From Chlamydiota bacterium (lineage in GTDB: Bacteria; Chlamydiota; Chlamydiia; Chlamydiales; SM23-39), in the NCBI GenBank assembly GCA_038534095.1, contig JBCAXK010000010.1, forward strand, positions 1 to 39,173: a DNA stretch of 39,173 bases, given 5' to 3'. The position numbers and the translations under genes were made by a program. Positions 27,461 to 37,332 of this stretch are shown piece after piece. The notes beneath the pieces are model-generated. The model was not told the DNA's origin. It saw nothing but the letters and a program-made list of their open reading frames with translations, and searched no databases. How positions within the stretch are numbered: the first letter of the stretch is position 1; each line of letters begins with the position of its first letter.

Positions 27461-29897
27461 TAGAAGCTTTCTCTAAGTGTTTGAAGACAAGGGGCACTAC
27501 TTCATCGTACGTATCGACAAAGTGGACGTCAATGCCTTTTTTTAAGTAGTCGGGTAGTTCCTCATAATCCCTCCGATTATCGACAGGGAAAATGAGGGTA
27601 TCTAATCCGGAGCGTTTTGCAGCAATCAACTTCTCTTTTAGCCCACCGATACGTAAGATTTTTCCCATCAAGGTGATTTCGCCTGTCATTCCAATATCCG
27701 CATTGACCGGCTGATTTCTTAATAAAGACAGAAGAGAGGTGACCATCGTGATTCCTGCGGAAGGACCATCTTTTGGAGTAGCGCCTTCAGGGATATGAAT
27801 ATGCACTTTTTCTTTTGGAAAGTAGAGAGCGTCGGGGGCGTATTTTTTCGAAGTGGAGCTAAGGTAGCTCCAAGCAATTTGCGCCGATTCTTTCATGACA
27901 TCTCCAGCTTGACCTGTAAGCTTCATCTCAGTTTTTTCTGCAGGAGATTTTGAGGACTCTACGTATAAGGTTGCTCCTCCAAGAGCTGTCCAAGCAAGAC
28001 CTGTACAAACGCCAACAGGGGTATCATCGTAATACCGGTCGCTTGTAAAAATGGGCTTGCCTAAATAGTTCATTAAATTTTTCTCAGTAATCGTGAGTTT
28101 TTTTAACGCATTTTTCTCTTCTTCTGCGATTTTCTTTGCGATTTTTCGCATGATTTTTTTGATGTAATTCTCGAGGCTACGGACGCCTGCTTCTCGCGCG
28201 TAACCATGAATGATTCGGGAAAGACCTTGCTTGGTAAAAGAAAGATTCTTTGCTTTGAGTCCCATATCGCGCCGATTTCTAGGAATGAGATATTGCTTAG
28301 CAATTTCTACTTTCTCCTCTTCAATGTAGCCTGAAAGCCGGAGGACTTCCATCCTATCTTTTAGCGCTTCTGGAATCGTATCTAAAACGTTAGCTGTCAA
28401 AATAAACAGCACTCTAGAAAGATCACAAGGAACATCTAAATAATGGTCCAAAAAGGCTCCATTTTGCTCAGGGTCTAGCACCTCTAACAGAGCCGAAGCG
28501 GGATCTCCATGGTAGCTCATGCCAATTTTATCCACCTCATCGATCATCACGACTGGATTCATGGTCCCTACGGTTTTAAGAGCCTGGATCATTTTGCCAG
28601 GCATAGATCCAATGTAGGTGCGCCTGTGCCCTTTGATTTCTGCTTCATCACGCATCCCCCCGACAGAAAACCGGTAAAATTTTCGGTTAAGAGCCCTAGC
28701 AATGCTCTTTCCAATGCTGGTTTTACCCACTCCGGGAGGGCCAACAAGACAAATGATGCTCCCCTTCACACCTCCAGTCAGCTTTCCTACGCTAATGAAC
28801 TCAAGGATCCTTTCCTTGATATCTTTCAGACCATAGTGATCTTCTTCAAGAATTTTCTCAGCAAGCTTCAGATCACTCGATTCCTTGCTTAACATGCCCC
28901 AAGGAATAGAGGTGAGCCAGTCGATATAGTTGCGGCAAACGCCATACTCAGCAGATTGAACATCTAATACGCCCAACTTTTCAATTTCTTCATCGATGAC
29001 TTTGGCAACAGCCTCAGAAAGAGTTCTTTTCTTCAACCGTTCACGAAATTTTTCCACATCAAGGCTTTTGTCATCTTTTTCCATGCCGAGCTCTCTACGA
29101 ATCGCTTTTAGCTGCTCCCGAAGGAAAAATTCCCGTTGCGTTTTAGAAATCGTCGATTCGATCGTCTGATTGATGCTGCTTTGTAGCCTAGTTAGATCTA
29201 GCTCTTTTTTTAACAGAGCAAGTGCCTTCGCTCCCCTTTCTCCCACATCAAATGTGGCCAAAATTTCTTGCAATTCTTCCCGGCTTGCGGTCGTAAGAGC
29301 TACGGCAAAATCGGAGAGGCGCCCTGGTTCGGTAAAATCAGAATGGCCTAAAAAGACTTGCAACTCCTCCTTGAAAAGAGGATTTAGCTTGAGAAGCTCT
29401 TTGATCGTGGTGATGATACTGATCGTGTACGCCTTGAGCTCTTTTTCCATTTTCTTTGGTAAAATGTCTTCCTCAATAGCAACTTTTGCTGCTAAAAATA
29501 CCGATTTTTTGGCTTTGCCTTGTAAAGAGATCCGCTTTTCCATATTGAGGACTACTTGAGCTCCCCCTTGCTCTAAAGGAATGATTCTAAGAATTCTCGC
29601 AAGCACTCCTACGTTATGGAAATCATCAACATCGATCTGATAAATATTGGCTGTTTCGTCTTTGGTCAAAAAAAGCGCGACCAATTTTTCTTCTGTTTGG
29701 GCGACGATTTTTAAGACTTCGTAATAACTACCCGGCTCGATCACGATCGGCGCTGCCATCCCGGGGAAAAACGGGCGGCGGCTAAGAGGGAGAATAAAGG
29801 CTTCGTTGCGACCTAAAACGGACTTGTTTTTTGGAGTGGTTTTTTTTTCTTTTGGAGATTTCGCTTGTTTTGGAGTGGGGTTCGCTTTCTTGTTCAA
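27420..29897 (-). CDS. lon: Lon protease
   Basis: GPPGVGKT, IDEVDK, GLAWT, PKDGPSAG, IGGLKEK; TTG start. Confidence 0.98.
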   Translation of the reverse strand: MNKKANPTPKQAKSPKEKKTTPKNKSVLGRNEAFILPLSRRPFFPGMAAPIVIEPGSYYEVLKIVAQTEEKLVALFLTKDETANIYQIDVDDFHNVGVLARILRIIPLEQGGAQVVLNMEKRISLQGKAKKSVFLAAKVAIEEDILPKKMEKELKAYTISIITTIKELLKLNPLFKEELQVFLGHSDFTEPGRLSDFAVALTTASREELQEILATFDVGERGAKALALLKKELDLTRLQSSINQTIESTISKTQREFFLREQLKAIRRELGMEKDDKSLDVEKFRERLKKRTLSEAVAKVIDEEIEKLGVLDVQSAEYGVCRNYIDWLTSIPWGMLSKESSDLKLAEKILEEDHYGLKDIKERILEFISVGKLTGGVKGSIICLVGPPGVGKTSIGKSIARALNRKFYRFSVGGMRDEAEIKGHRRTYIGSMPGKMIQALKTVGTMNPVVMIDEVDKIGMSYHGDPASALLEVLDPEQNGAFLDHYLDVPCDLSRVLFILTANVLDTIPEALKDRMEVLRLSGYIEEEKVEIAKQYLIPRNRRDMGLKAKNLSFTKQGLSRIIHGYAREAGVRSLENYIKKIMRKIAKKIAEEEKNALKKLTITEKNLMNYLGKPIFTSDRYYDDTPVGVCTGLAWTALGGATLYVESSKSPAEKTEMKLTGQAGDVMKESAQIAWSYLSSTSKKYAPDALYFPKEKVHIHIPEGATPKDGPSAGITMVTSLLSLLRNQPVNADIGMTGEITLMGKILRIGGLKEKLIAAKRSGLDTLIFPVDNRRDYEELPDYLKKGIDVHFVDTYDEVVPLVFKHLEKASNEPLGKRKPKKAN

Positions 29898-30020
29898 AAT
29901 TCCTCACGATAGCATTTGCCATTAAAAAATAGACATTATCTTACCAGCTAAATTAAAATACCGCAAGGAGCGTCCAAGTCTGCTGAAAAGCAATGGGAGG
30001 AGCCTTATGTAGCAGTGTGG

Positions 30021-30046
30021 CCAGTATATGTAACCAGTATATGTAA
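30021..30046. repeat. Perfect 13-bp tandem duplication (CCAGTATATGTAA)x2
   Basis: Read directly in the lon/tsaB intergenic region. Confidence 0.9.
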
Positions 30047-30303
30047 TAGTACAACGCCCTTCTTATACTCGAAGAAATGGCTCGCAATCTAGGGAGCCTA
30101 TGAAACCTAAGGATACAACTGCTTGTGAAAAACCCTTTAAACACGTACCTAATAGTCTTCCCCTCTCGATCACGCTCAATCCTTGCGCTACTTCCGTTAG
30201 TTGCGCCAATAGAAGATTTCTACACCAAAGCTTTTTGTAGAACAAATCTCCCCGCGGTTTCACAAAGACATGAAAGAACGGCGTACCTTTACAAGAGAAT
30301 CTG

Positions 30304-30873
30304 ATGACCTTTTTTTCCCTCGACACTAGCGCTCGCAAAGCTTTTTTCACTCTCATAAAAAATGGAAGGATCAAGAAACACCTAGTTTTACTGGGAGATG
30401 CTACCCTTTCCTCAAACATCCATCCGCTATTCCAAGAATTTTTATCTCCAGATGAACGCTCCCACCTTCGAGGCATCATTGTAGGGTTAGGTCCTGGAAG
30501 TTTTACCGGAACCCGCGTAGGTATTGTTCTTGCAAAGACCTTAGCGTACTCTTTAAAAATTCCCATTTGGGGAGTCCCCTCTCTCGCATTTGTCACAAAA
30601 AGCGCAGAAGAAATTTCTGTGCTCGATGCGAAAAAGCGGGGAATTTACTGTTATCAAGAGAACAAGGTCTCTCTCCTTCCTCCAAACAACCTACAATCGT
30701 TAGACAATTGCCAAGTTTTTTCTGTAAACTCCGCTCCTTTGGAAGATAAACTGCCAAAAACGACCGTTTCCGAAAGAGACCCAAATCCCCTATTTGCCGC
30801 TAAGCCCTACCTATCGGCCACTTCCCGATTCTCTCCGGAAGAAGCGGCCTCCCTGGAAGCCATTTATTTCTAG
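30304..30873 (+). CDS. tsaB: tRNA t6A biosynthesis protein TsaB
   Basis: SLDTS, GLGPGSFTGTRVG, GVPSL, LDAKKRGIY. Confidence 0.93.
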   Translation: MTFFSLDTSARKAFFTLIKNGRIKKHLVLLGDATLSSNIHPLFQEFLSPDERSHLRGIIVGLGPGSFTGTRVGIVLAKTLAYSLKIPIWGVPSLAFVTKSAEEISVLDAKKRGIYCYQENKVSLLPPNNLQSLDNCQVFSVNSAPLEDKLPKTTVSERDPNPLFAAKPYLSATSRFSPEEAASLEAIYF

Positions 30874-30887
30874 AAAACGTAAATCCA

Positions 30888-30917
30888 TTGATCTAAATGA
30901 AATTCCATTGCTATGAT
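30888..30917 (+). promoter_or_regulatory. Putative rpsU promoter TTGATC-N18-TATGAT (TG-extended)
   Basis: Consensus-like hexamers upstream of an AAGGA SD and ATG 30955. Confidence 0.5.
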
Positions 30918-30954
30918 AGAAGATAATTCACTGTAATTATTAGGAAAGGAAAGA

Positions 30955-31149
30955 ATGCCAAGCGTTAGAGTACGAGTTGGAGAGCCTATTGACAAAGCTC
31001 TTCGCGCTTTAAAAAAGAAACTAGACAAAGAAGGAATTATGAAATCAGCAAAAGCGCATCGATTTCATGATAAACGTTCTGTAAAAAAACGGGCCAAATC
31101 CAAAGCGGCTCAAAAACGCGCAAAAACGGCTAAGAAAAAAGGGTATTAG
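30955..31149 (+). CDS. rpsU: 30S ribosomal protein S21
   Basis: [28 protein letters not shown], chlamydial S21 pattern. Confidence 0.95.
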   Translation: MPSVRVRVGEPIDKALRALKKKLDKEGIMKSAKAHRFHDKRSVKKRAKSKAAQKRAKTAKKKGY

Positions 31150-31165
31150 CAAACGCCTTCTTAGA

Positions 31166-31195
31166 TTGCTAAAAAAATATACTTTTTCCTACAAT
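31166..31195 (+). promoter_or_regulatory. Putative dnaJ promoter TTGCTA-N18-TACAAT
   Basis: Consensus-like hexamers 29 nt upstream of ATG 31225. Confidence 0.5.
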
Positions 31196-31224
31196 AGTAG
31201 ACAAACCCTAACACCCCATTTTTT

Positions 31225-32382
31225 ATGACCGACTATTATAGTACCCTTGGTATCTCACGCACAGCAAGCGCAGAAGAAATCAAAAAAGCTTACCGAAAAA
31301 AAGCCCTCAAACACCATCCCGATAAAAATCCGGGAAATCCTAATGCCGAACAGGCCTTTAAGGAAGTGTCTGAAGCGTACGAGGTCTTGAGCGACGAGAA
31401 TAAACGAAAAGTCTACGATCAATATGGGGAAGAGGGACTAAAAGGATTCGCAGGAGGCGCTGGCGGACCTGGAGGTGGTTTTAGTTCTATGGAAGAAGCT
31501 CTCAAAACCTTCATGGGAGCGTTTGGAGCTGGAGGGAACGATTCGATCTTCGATTCTCTGTTTGGCGGCGGATCTGCGCAAAGCCAAGGAGAAGAACTCA
31601 GAAGAGGCGCTAGCAAAAAGGTTTCCATCACAATTACCTTCGAAGAAGCTGCTTTAGGTTGTACAAAAGAACTCGTCATCACCAATTTTGTGACCTGTGA
31701 GGCTTGCCAAGGAAAAGGAGCAAAATCCCCAAAAGATATTCAAGTCTGTCCCACTTGCCAAGGCAAGGGGCAAGTCTTCCAAAGTAGAGGCTTTTTTTCC
31801 ATGTCCTCTACCTGCCCTCAATGTCATGGGGAGGGGCGTATCATCACCAATCCCTGTCCCGTATGCTACGGTCAAGGGCGCGTTAAAAAGAAAGAAAAAG
31901 TAAAAATCGGCATCCCTGCTGGCGTCGACTCTGGTATGCGTCTAAAAATGAGCGGTTACGGAGATGCTGGAATTAACGGAGGCCCTAGCGGTGACCTTTA
32001 TGTCGTCATTCAAGTCAAACCTCACGAAGCATTTGAAAGAGAAGGTGACGATGTATACTTACATCTCCCGGTCACGTTTGCCGAGGCTGCTTTAGGCACA
32101 AAAAAAGAGATCCCAACTCCCTACAAAGAAACTTGTAGAATTGTTGTTCCCAAGGGAGCGCAAAATGGGACCGTTCTTCGTGTCAAGGGGAAGGGATTTC
32201 CTAGCGTTCATGGAGGATCAACAGGAGATCTTTTGGTCAAACTCTTTGTAGAAACTCCCGTTTCTCTTTCCAAACGGCAACAAGAACTCTTACAAGAATT
32301 TGCTGAGTTAGAAACCGCTGAAAATCACCCAAGAAAAAAAGGATTCTTTGAGAGGATCCGTGTTTTTTTTTCAGCCTCTTAA
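31225..32382 (+). CDS. dnaJ: Chaperone DnaJ
   Basis: J domain with HPD, G/F-rich region, four CxxCxGxG repeats. Confidence 0.98.
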   Translation: MTDYYSTLGISRTASAEEIKKAYRKKALKHHPDKNPGNPNAEQAFKEVSEAYEVLSDENKRKVYDQYGEEGLKGFAGGAGGPGGGFSSMEEALKTFMGAFGAGGNDSIFDSLFGGGSAQSQGEELRRGASKKVSITITFEEAALGCTKELVITNFVTCEACQGKGAKSPKDIQVCPTCQGKGQVFQSRGFFSMSSTCPQCHGEGRIITNPCPVCYGQGRVKKKEKVKIGIPAGVDSGMRLKMSGYGDAGINGGPSGDLYVVIQVKPHEAFEREGDDVYLHLPVTFAEAALGTKKEIPTPYKETCRIVVPKGAQNGTVLRVKGKGFPSVHGGSTGDLLVKLFVETPVSLSKRQQELLQEFAELETAENHPRKKGFFERIRVFFSAS

Positions 32383-32651
32383 AGCCCTATTTTTCGTAAT
32401 GCTATTGTTCATAAGTGCAAGGCCTACTTACTGCCTTAAACCCATTTCGTTTGTGTTTTTACTAAAAACGATCTAATCGCATCTTGCCTAGTACACTTTA
32501 AGACTCTTTTGCCGATAGTGAAGCATTAGAAATATTCCTCCCTATTTTCCCCATAAGACCCAAGGGGAAGCATCCGAAATGACAAGCCGCCTGTTGAAGA
32601 AAACCATTCCCAGCCCCAAAAAAACGGAACTGGGAATCTTTTTTCAACGCT

Positions 32652-34100
32652 TTATTCAATCTCTTTAAAAAAGTGTTGGTAATCGATCACTCCATGCTCT
32701 AGGGACTCTCCTCCCCACTTCCAACCCCGTTTGATAAAGGCTTGACAACATGGATCTTTTTGTGTAATGACCCCACGACAAGCAATGGTACGGTCAAGAA
32801 AAATCTCTCCGTTTTTGGGAATGATTGTCCCCTTCCAAAGATAAGGATTTTGGACTGGATTGATATCGATAGCGCGCCCGAAAGCGTGCATCGAACTCTC
32901 TTTGGGTCTCCCCACAACAGCTCTATAACAAAAACAGGAAGTATTGTTATCTTGACACGACAAACGATCCTGCGCTTTATAAGCATCGATCAAACGGATT
33001 TTTTCAATCGGATATCTGATTGCAAAGAGCTCTGAAAAAATCTCTACAACCTCTTGAGCAAGATCTTTATGAACAACCATTTCTCCATCATAGACAAGCC
33101 CATCAAATCCCCAGTGATTCATTTGCAAATAACAAAGATCGGTTTTCTGTATATCAGGATTTTCCTTCCAGGAATAGGTCATTTTTTTCGCAATCTCATC
33201 GGTAATGGGAAAAATTCTTCCATAGAATTTGGGCTGAGAGAGACGCCTTACTGCTTTTAGTGAATAGTTCGTTGTGGATAAATTCCCTTCAGCAACTCTA
33301 GGAATCAAATCTCTTGTTCCTGTATGAATGAATTCTTCCTCCCCTAAATAGATTCCGACATGAATCACTCTTGAGGTTCCAAAAAAGAGTAGATCTCCTG
33401 GATTTTGCGGCTCTTGCAAAGATTGTAATAATGGACTCTTTGCTTGCTGACTGCTATTGCGAGGAAGGATTATTCCCATTTGCTTAGCAAGCGTTTGTAC
33501 GTAGCCAGAACAGTCGTACCCAAAAGAAGAATTTCCTCCCCAAACATAGGGAACCCCTAAAAATTCCTTAGACAATAGTAAAACTTCCGATAAGGTCTTA
33601 GGCGCTAGTTTCTCCACGTCACCTATTTGAATCCATCCTGAAGCGCCGCCCAAAAGACGTACAGGAAGCCAGCGTTTTTGGGAATCTTCTAGAGACTCGA
33701 GCACTTCGAGTTTTGCGTCAAAAGGCAGGCGCATAACGGGCAAAAAAACGGTATCTTTCGTAGGATAGACAATGCCAACCTGAGAAGAGACTCTAGCTAA
33801 ATATTTGCTCGATCTCCACTGGGGAAGATCTGGAGTCAGCCCCGATTTTTTACAGTACCCGCGGTACCCTTCTACCGTTTCAGCATATACCCAACCATTG
33901 GCAAGTTCTTCAATCATGTAAATAGATTGTCCATAAATGGCTTGAGAATCTAAGGGTGAGGTTTCAGTAGGCTCTTCAAATAGGGTAACCACAGGATCTT
34001 TGACCAGATATTTTTGCTCTAAAGAAAAAGTGCTTGCCATATGCGCGTTTCCTTTGCTAAGAAATAAACTAAATAAAATACATAGAATTTTGTATAACAT
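32652..34100 (-). CDS. Exported SH3-like + NlpC/P60 + peptidase M15 fusion
   Basis: Signal peptide; two SH3b-like segments (NGWVY..GYRGY and WLPVRL..SGWI); GVPYVWGG..GYDCSG, HVGIY, FIH; then DNNTSCF.YR, SMHAFGRAIDINP, GWKWGG, DYQHF. Confidence 0.9.
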   Translation of the reverse strand: MLYKILCILFSLFLSKGNAHMASTFSLEQKYLVKDPVVTLFEEPTETSPLDSQAIYGQSIYMIEELANGWVYAETVEGYRGYCKKSGLTPDLPQWRSSKYLARVSSQVGIVYPTKDTVFLPVMRLPFDAKLEVLESLEDSQKRWLPVRLLGGASGWIQIGDVEKLAPKTLSEVLLLSKEFLGVPYVWGGNSSFGYDCSGYVQTLAKQMGIILPRNSSQQAKSPLLQSLQEPQNPGDLLFFGTSRVIHVGIYLGEEEFIHTGTRDLIPRVAEGNLSTTNYSLKAVRRLSQPKFYGRIFPITDEIAKKMTYSWKENPDIQKTDLCYLQMNHWGFDGLVYDGEMVVHKDLAQEVVEIFSELFAIRYPIEKIRLIDAYKAQDRLSCQDNNTSCFCYRAVVGRPKESSMHAFGRAIDINPVQNPYLWKGTIIPKNGEIFLDRTIACRGVITQKDPCCQAFIKRGWKWGGESLEHGVIDYQHFFKEIE

Positions 34101-34139
34101 ATATCCCTCAATTTTTTACTCAGTAATCATAGACACGTC

Positions 34140-34997
34140 ATGCAAAAGAATACTAGCAAATTCTGGAATGGTGTTTTTAGCTTGATTTTGCTACTTTTCG
34201 GCGTTGTTACAAAGGGATTTTCCTCTTCAATCGACCGCGTTTCCAATACCGATATCGCAACTCTTGCCAAAACTTTGGGAGTCGATCCTTCGATTTCTTT
34301 AGTGCAAGAGACGCAAAAGCGGTGGCTTAGAAAAAAAGGCTCTGAGCGTTTTACGATTTCTCCGCTGCCAGAAAAGGAAAAAGAGACAGTATTAGCATGG
34401 GCCAAAAAACACCATTGCTATTACAAATGGCTCCCACAAAAAACCTCTTACGACACGATCATCATCTTAGGAGCTGAGGTGCACACCATGGCCCTTCGCC
34501 TTCGATTTGCAGAAAAACTCCTTTTGCAAGGAATCAAAACAAACAACATTGTCTTTCTAACCGGAAAACGCCCTTTAAGAGATCCTGAAAAAAACTTCTC
34601 CCCCTCTTGTGCTACGGAAGACGAGGCAGCTAGGCATCTTTGGCAAACGCATACCATTTCTTCAGAAATACGGAATCTACCCGTTCGCTTCATAGCTCTT
34701 GATATGAAACCGATCGGAGAAAATTGGGAAAGACCAAACACAAAAGATACGATAAAAGCCTGGAAAACCGGGCAAAACCGAAACCTAAATGCAAAAGCTT
34801 CTCTCTTCATTTCTAACCAGCCTTTTTGTGCTTACCAAGAAGCGGTGATTCAAAGCGTGCTAGGATCATCACCATCTTTTGAAGTAGCTGGAGCAAAATT
34901 ACGCGAGAGCCATTATGCCGCTCCTGGAGGGGTGATCTTAGATAGCCTTGCTAGGATTTTGTATGAACGTTCCGTGTTCCCTGATAAGGAAGAATAA
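34140..34997 (+). CDS. Exported/membrane-anchored hypothetical protein, DUF218 (YdcF/ElyC/SanA)-like
   Basis: N-terminal hydrophobic helix; IIILGA..R...A..L...G...IVFLTG, TEDEA, NTKDT and LFISN follow the DUF218 motif order. The ORF is well supported; the family call is tentative. Confidence 0.6.
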   Translation: MQKNTSKFWNGVFSLILLLFGVVTKGFSSSIDRVSNTDIATLAKTLGVDPSISLVQETQKRWLRKKGSERFTISPLPEKEKETVLAWAKKHHCYYKWLPQKTSYDTIIILGAEVHTMALRLRFAEKLLLQGIKTNNIVFLTGKRPLRDPEKNFSPSCATEDEAARHLWQTHTISSEIRNLPVRFIALDMKPIGENWERPNTKDTIKAWKTGQNRNLNAKASLFISNQPFCAYQEAVIQSVLGSSPSFEVAGAKLRESHYAAPGGVILDSLARILYERSVFPDKEE

Positions 34998-35248
34998 GGC
35001 TTGCGCCATAAGAACTACTGAAGGGTTGTGAGCTCGATTGTCTCAAAAAAACTCTCATCAAGCAAGGCTTGCTTATCTTTACTAAAAAGCGATTAGAAGT
35101 GAAGATCTTTACCTGCAAAAGGTAGCCATCTTTTCGTAAATTTTCCTTCTAGAGAAGTACGAGGAATCGCTTTTCCAAAAAAAACTTTGAAAACAGCTAC
35201 ATTTCGTGCAAAGATTTTCCGTAAGAGAGACTGCTTTGGAGGAGCATT

Positions 35249-35860
35249 ATGCGCGCATTAGTCATTGGAAGTAAAGGCACTTTAGGACAAGCGATTGCGC
35301 GGCTTTTACAACAGCAAAACGTAGAAGTTCTTACTGGAGGCAGAAGTTCTTGTGATCTCAACTTTGACGCGTATGATCAAGTTTCTGTACAAAAGGCGTT
35401 CAAAACAGCTCCGAAGTTTCATAGCGTGATTTGCGCTTTTGGAGCTGCAACATCGATCAAGCCATTAGAAAAGCTGCGTGTAGAAGACTTCCACAAGGCG
35501 GCTCAAAGCAAATTATGGAGCCAAATTGGGATCACTATAGAAGCGCTTCACTATTTGGAAGATGGGGGATCGATCACTCTGACTGCAGGAAGTGTTCATG
35601 ATGAGTTGATCGAGGGAGGCTCTGTAATGGCCACAATCAATCGCGCTCTAATTGGTTTTGTCCGAGCATGCGATGCCCCAAATATACGGATCAATGTGGT
35701 AAGTCCCACACTACTCAAAGAGTCGGAAGAAAAATACAGAGAGTATTTTTTGGGGATCAACGCCGTGTCTGCTGAGAAGGCAGCAACGGCTTACATCCGT
35801 TCAGTATTTGGTAGACACCAAGGCGCAAATTTCAAGGTTTACGGAGACAAGGCTCCGTAA
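35249..35860 (+). CDS. Short-chain dehydrogenase/reductase (atypical, no YxxxK)
   Basis: IGSKGTLG, SKLWSQ, GGSITLT, IRINVVSP; GGAGG SD. Confidence 0.9.
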   Translation: MRALVIGSKGTLGQAIARLLQQQNVEVLTGGRSSCDLNFDAYDQVSVQKAFKTAPKFHSVICAFGAATSIKPLEKLRVEDFHKAAQSKLWSQIGITIEALHYLEDGGSITLTAGSVHDELIEGGSVMATINRALIGFVRACDAPNIRINVVSPTLLKESEEKYREYFLGINAVSAEKAATAYIRSVFGRHQGANFKVYGDKAP

Positions 35861-35879
35861 ACCAGAGTGGGCCTTATTC

Positions 35880-36260
35880 TTAAGCTTCTTCTAAAGCTTG
35901 CTCATTATAGGCCGCAAGAGCGTTCATAAAACTTCCAGCTTCTTCATTTGCTGATAGCTCTGCTACCAACGCAGCTAAAGGGTAGCTCACTTCACCACTT
36001 TCGCTCGCAACAGGTGCGTGCAGATTGATGGAACATCCTTGCAATAGCTCTGAAAATTCTTGAAGATTGTCGTTATGAAAAGCTTCTACTAAACTTTCTA
36101 CAAAGGCAGCCGCTTCATCATACGCAGCTTGCTCTCTTATCACGAAAGAACTTGTGATCTCATTTGTTTCAGTGAATTTAGCTGAGTCTATCGCGATAGA
36201 CATTTCTTGAGCGGGCGTTTTTGCTTCGATTTCTGGCGCATCGATTGCTAATAAAAACAT
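35880..36260 (-). CDS. Small acidic hypothetical protein
   Basis: Ala/Glu-rich ORF; GGAG SD 6 nt upstream of ATG 36260. Confidence 0.7.
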   Translation of the reverse strand: MFLLAIDAPEIEAKTPAQEMSIAIDSAKFTETNEITSSFVIREQAAYDEAAAFVESLVEAFHNDNLQEFSELLQGCSINLHAPVASESGEVSYPLAALVAELSANEEAGSFMNALAAYNEQALEEA

Positions 36261-36427
36261 AATTGTCTCCATATAAATCATTTTAAAGTAGAATAAATAT
36301 GACAAATCTTCAGTATATGTGCAAATAAAAAATAAGCCTTTTCCCCTCTTTTTCTTATGCCAGCGATCACAGATTGCCTAAAAATCGGTGTACACGTTAG
36401 ATTTCCGGTAAAAAAAAGAGGCTTGTC

Positions 36428-37240
36428 TTGATTGCTCTATCGGGATTTTTCTTTCTTATGCTCAGCGTTATCGGATCATGGGTCTATCGCAAGCAAGCTC
36501 TTTTGCTCTGCTTGATGACTATTGGTACAGCCCTTTGTTTCATCACAATACAAACCTCCTTTTGGGCAGTAGCTGCGCTACTTGTTTTAGGCACGTTTTG
36601 GTGCTTTTACAAAAAACGGCAGATCCGCCTGATCTCTTTTATCTGCATCTTAGCGTTTAGTACGTTATTTAAATGGCACGCCATTCCAGGCATGCCTCGC
36701 CTGTTTTTTACAGAAAATTTTGCCCTGAGTTTAGATAGCACCCTTGTCGGCCTCATCCCTTTATGTTTTTTTGTCCCTCTAGGAGGAAAAAACGTATGGA
36801 AAGTCACCTGTACCCAAGGACTGCTTTTCTCTTTGACAGGCATTGCTCTCATGATCTTACCCGCTCTTTTCTTCAAAATCGTACGATTTGCGCCAGCGCT
36901 CCCGTCTTATCCAGCTTTACGCTACGCAAACCAGCTTTTTTTTGTGGTGACTACTGAAGAGGCTTTTTATCGAGGATTTATGCAAAAAGAATTGCCCACA
37001 TTTTTGTGCCAGCTCACTAAAAAACAAGCGCAGTTTGTGTCCTATTTTGTCACAACCCTCTTTTTTACCTTGGTCCACTGGTTTTGGGTCAGTCAGGCTC
37101 TGATGTTGGTTTTTGTGTTTCTAGCTGGAGGTTTGTATGGTCTTGTTTATTTAAAAACGGGCCGCTTAGAAAGCGCGATGTTGTGTCATTGTTTGCTCAA
37201 CGGAGTTCATATGACCTTTTTCTCTTACCATGCTATGTAA
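36428..37240 (+). CDS. CPBP (CAAX protease/Abi) family intramembrane metalloprotease
   Basis: Multiple TM helices; EEAFYR, FTLVH, HCLLN motifs. Confidence 0.92.
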   Translation: MIALSGFFFLMLSVIGSWVYRKQALLLCLMTIGTALCFITIQTSFWAVAALLVLGTFWCFYKKRQIRLISFICILAFSTLFKWHAIPGMPRLFFTENFALSLDSTLVGLIPLCFFVPLGGKNVWKVTCTQGLLFSLTGIALMILPALFFKIVRFAPALPSYPALRYANQLFFVVTTEEAFYRGFMQKELPTFLCQLTKKQAQFVSYFVTTLFFTLVHWFWVSQALMLVFVFLAGGLYGLVYLKTGRLESAMLCHCLLNGVHMTFFSYHAM

Positions 37241-37332
37241 CCTTGGAAAATCATAAAAATCACACGCAAAACTTTTTCGTACAAAAATGCATTTTATACG
37301 GCTTGTTTCAGAAGCCAATAAGGATAAATGCC

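Noticed and set aside
30213..30246. ATTTCTAC...GTAGA resembling a Cas12a repeat stem
   Set aside because: Single copy, wrong loop length, no array and no cas genes.
30063..30596. 177 aa minus-strand ORF and the many other short ORFs nested in assigned genes (e.g. 23374-23772, 18054-18329, 12211-12630)
   Set aside because: They are antisense or alternate-frame shadows of well-supported genes or rnpB, with no recognisable motifs.
29898..31224. CIRCE/HrcA operator upstream of lon or dnaJ
   Set aside because: No TTAGCACTC-N9-GAGTGCTAA-like inverted repeat found.
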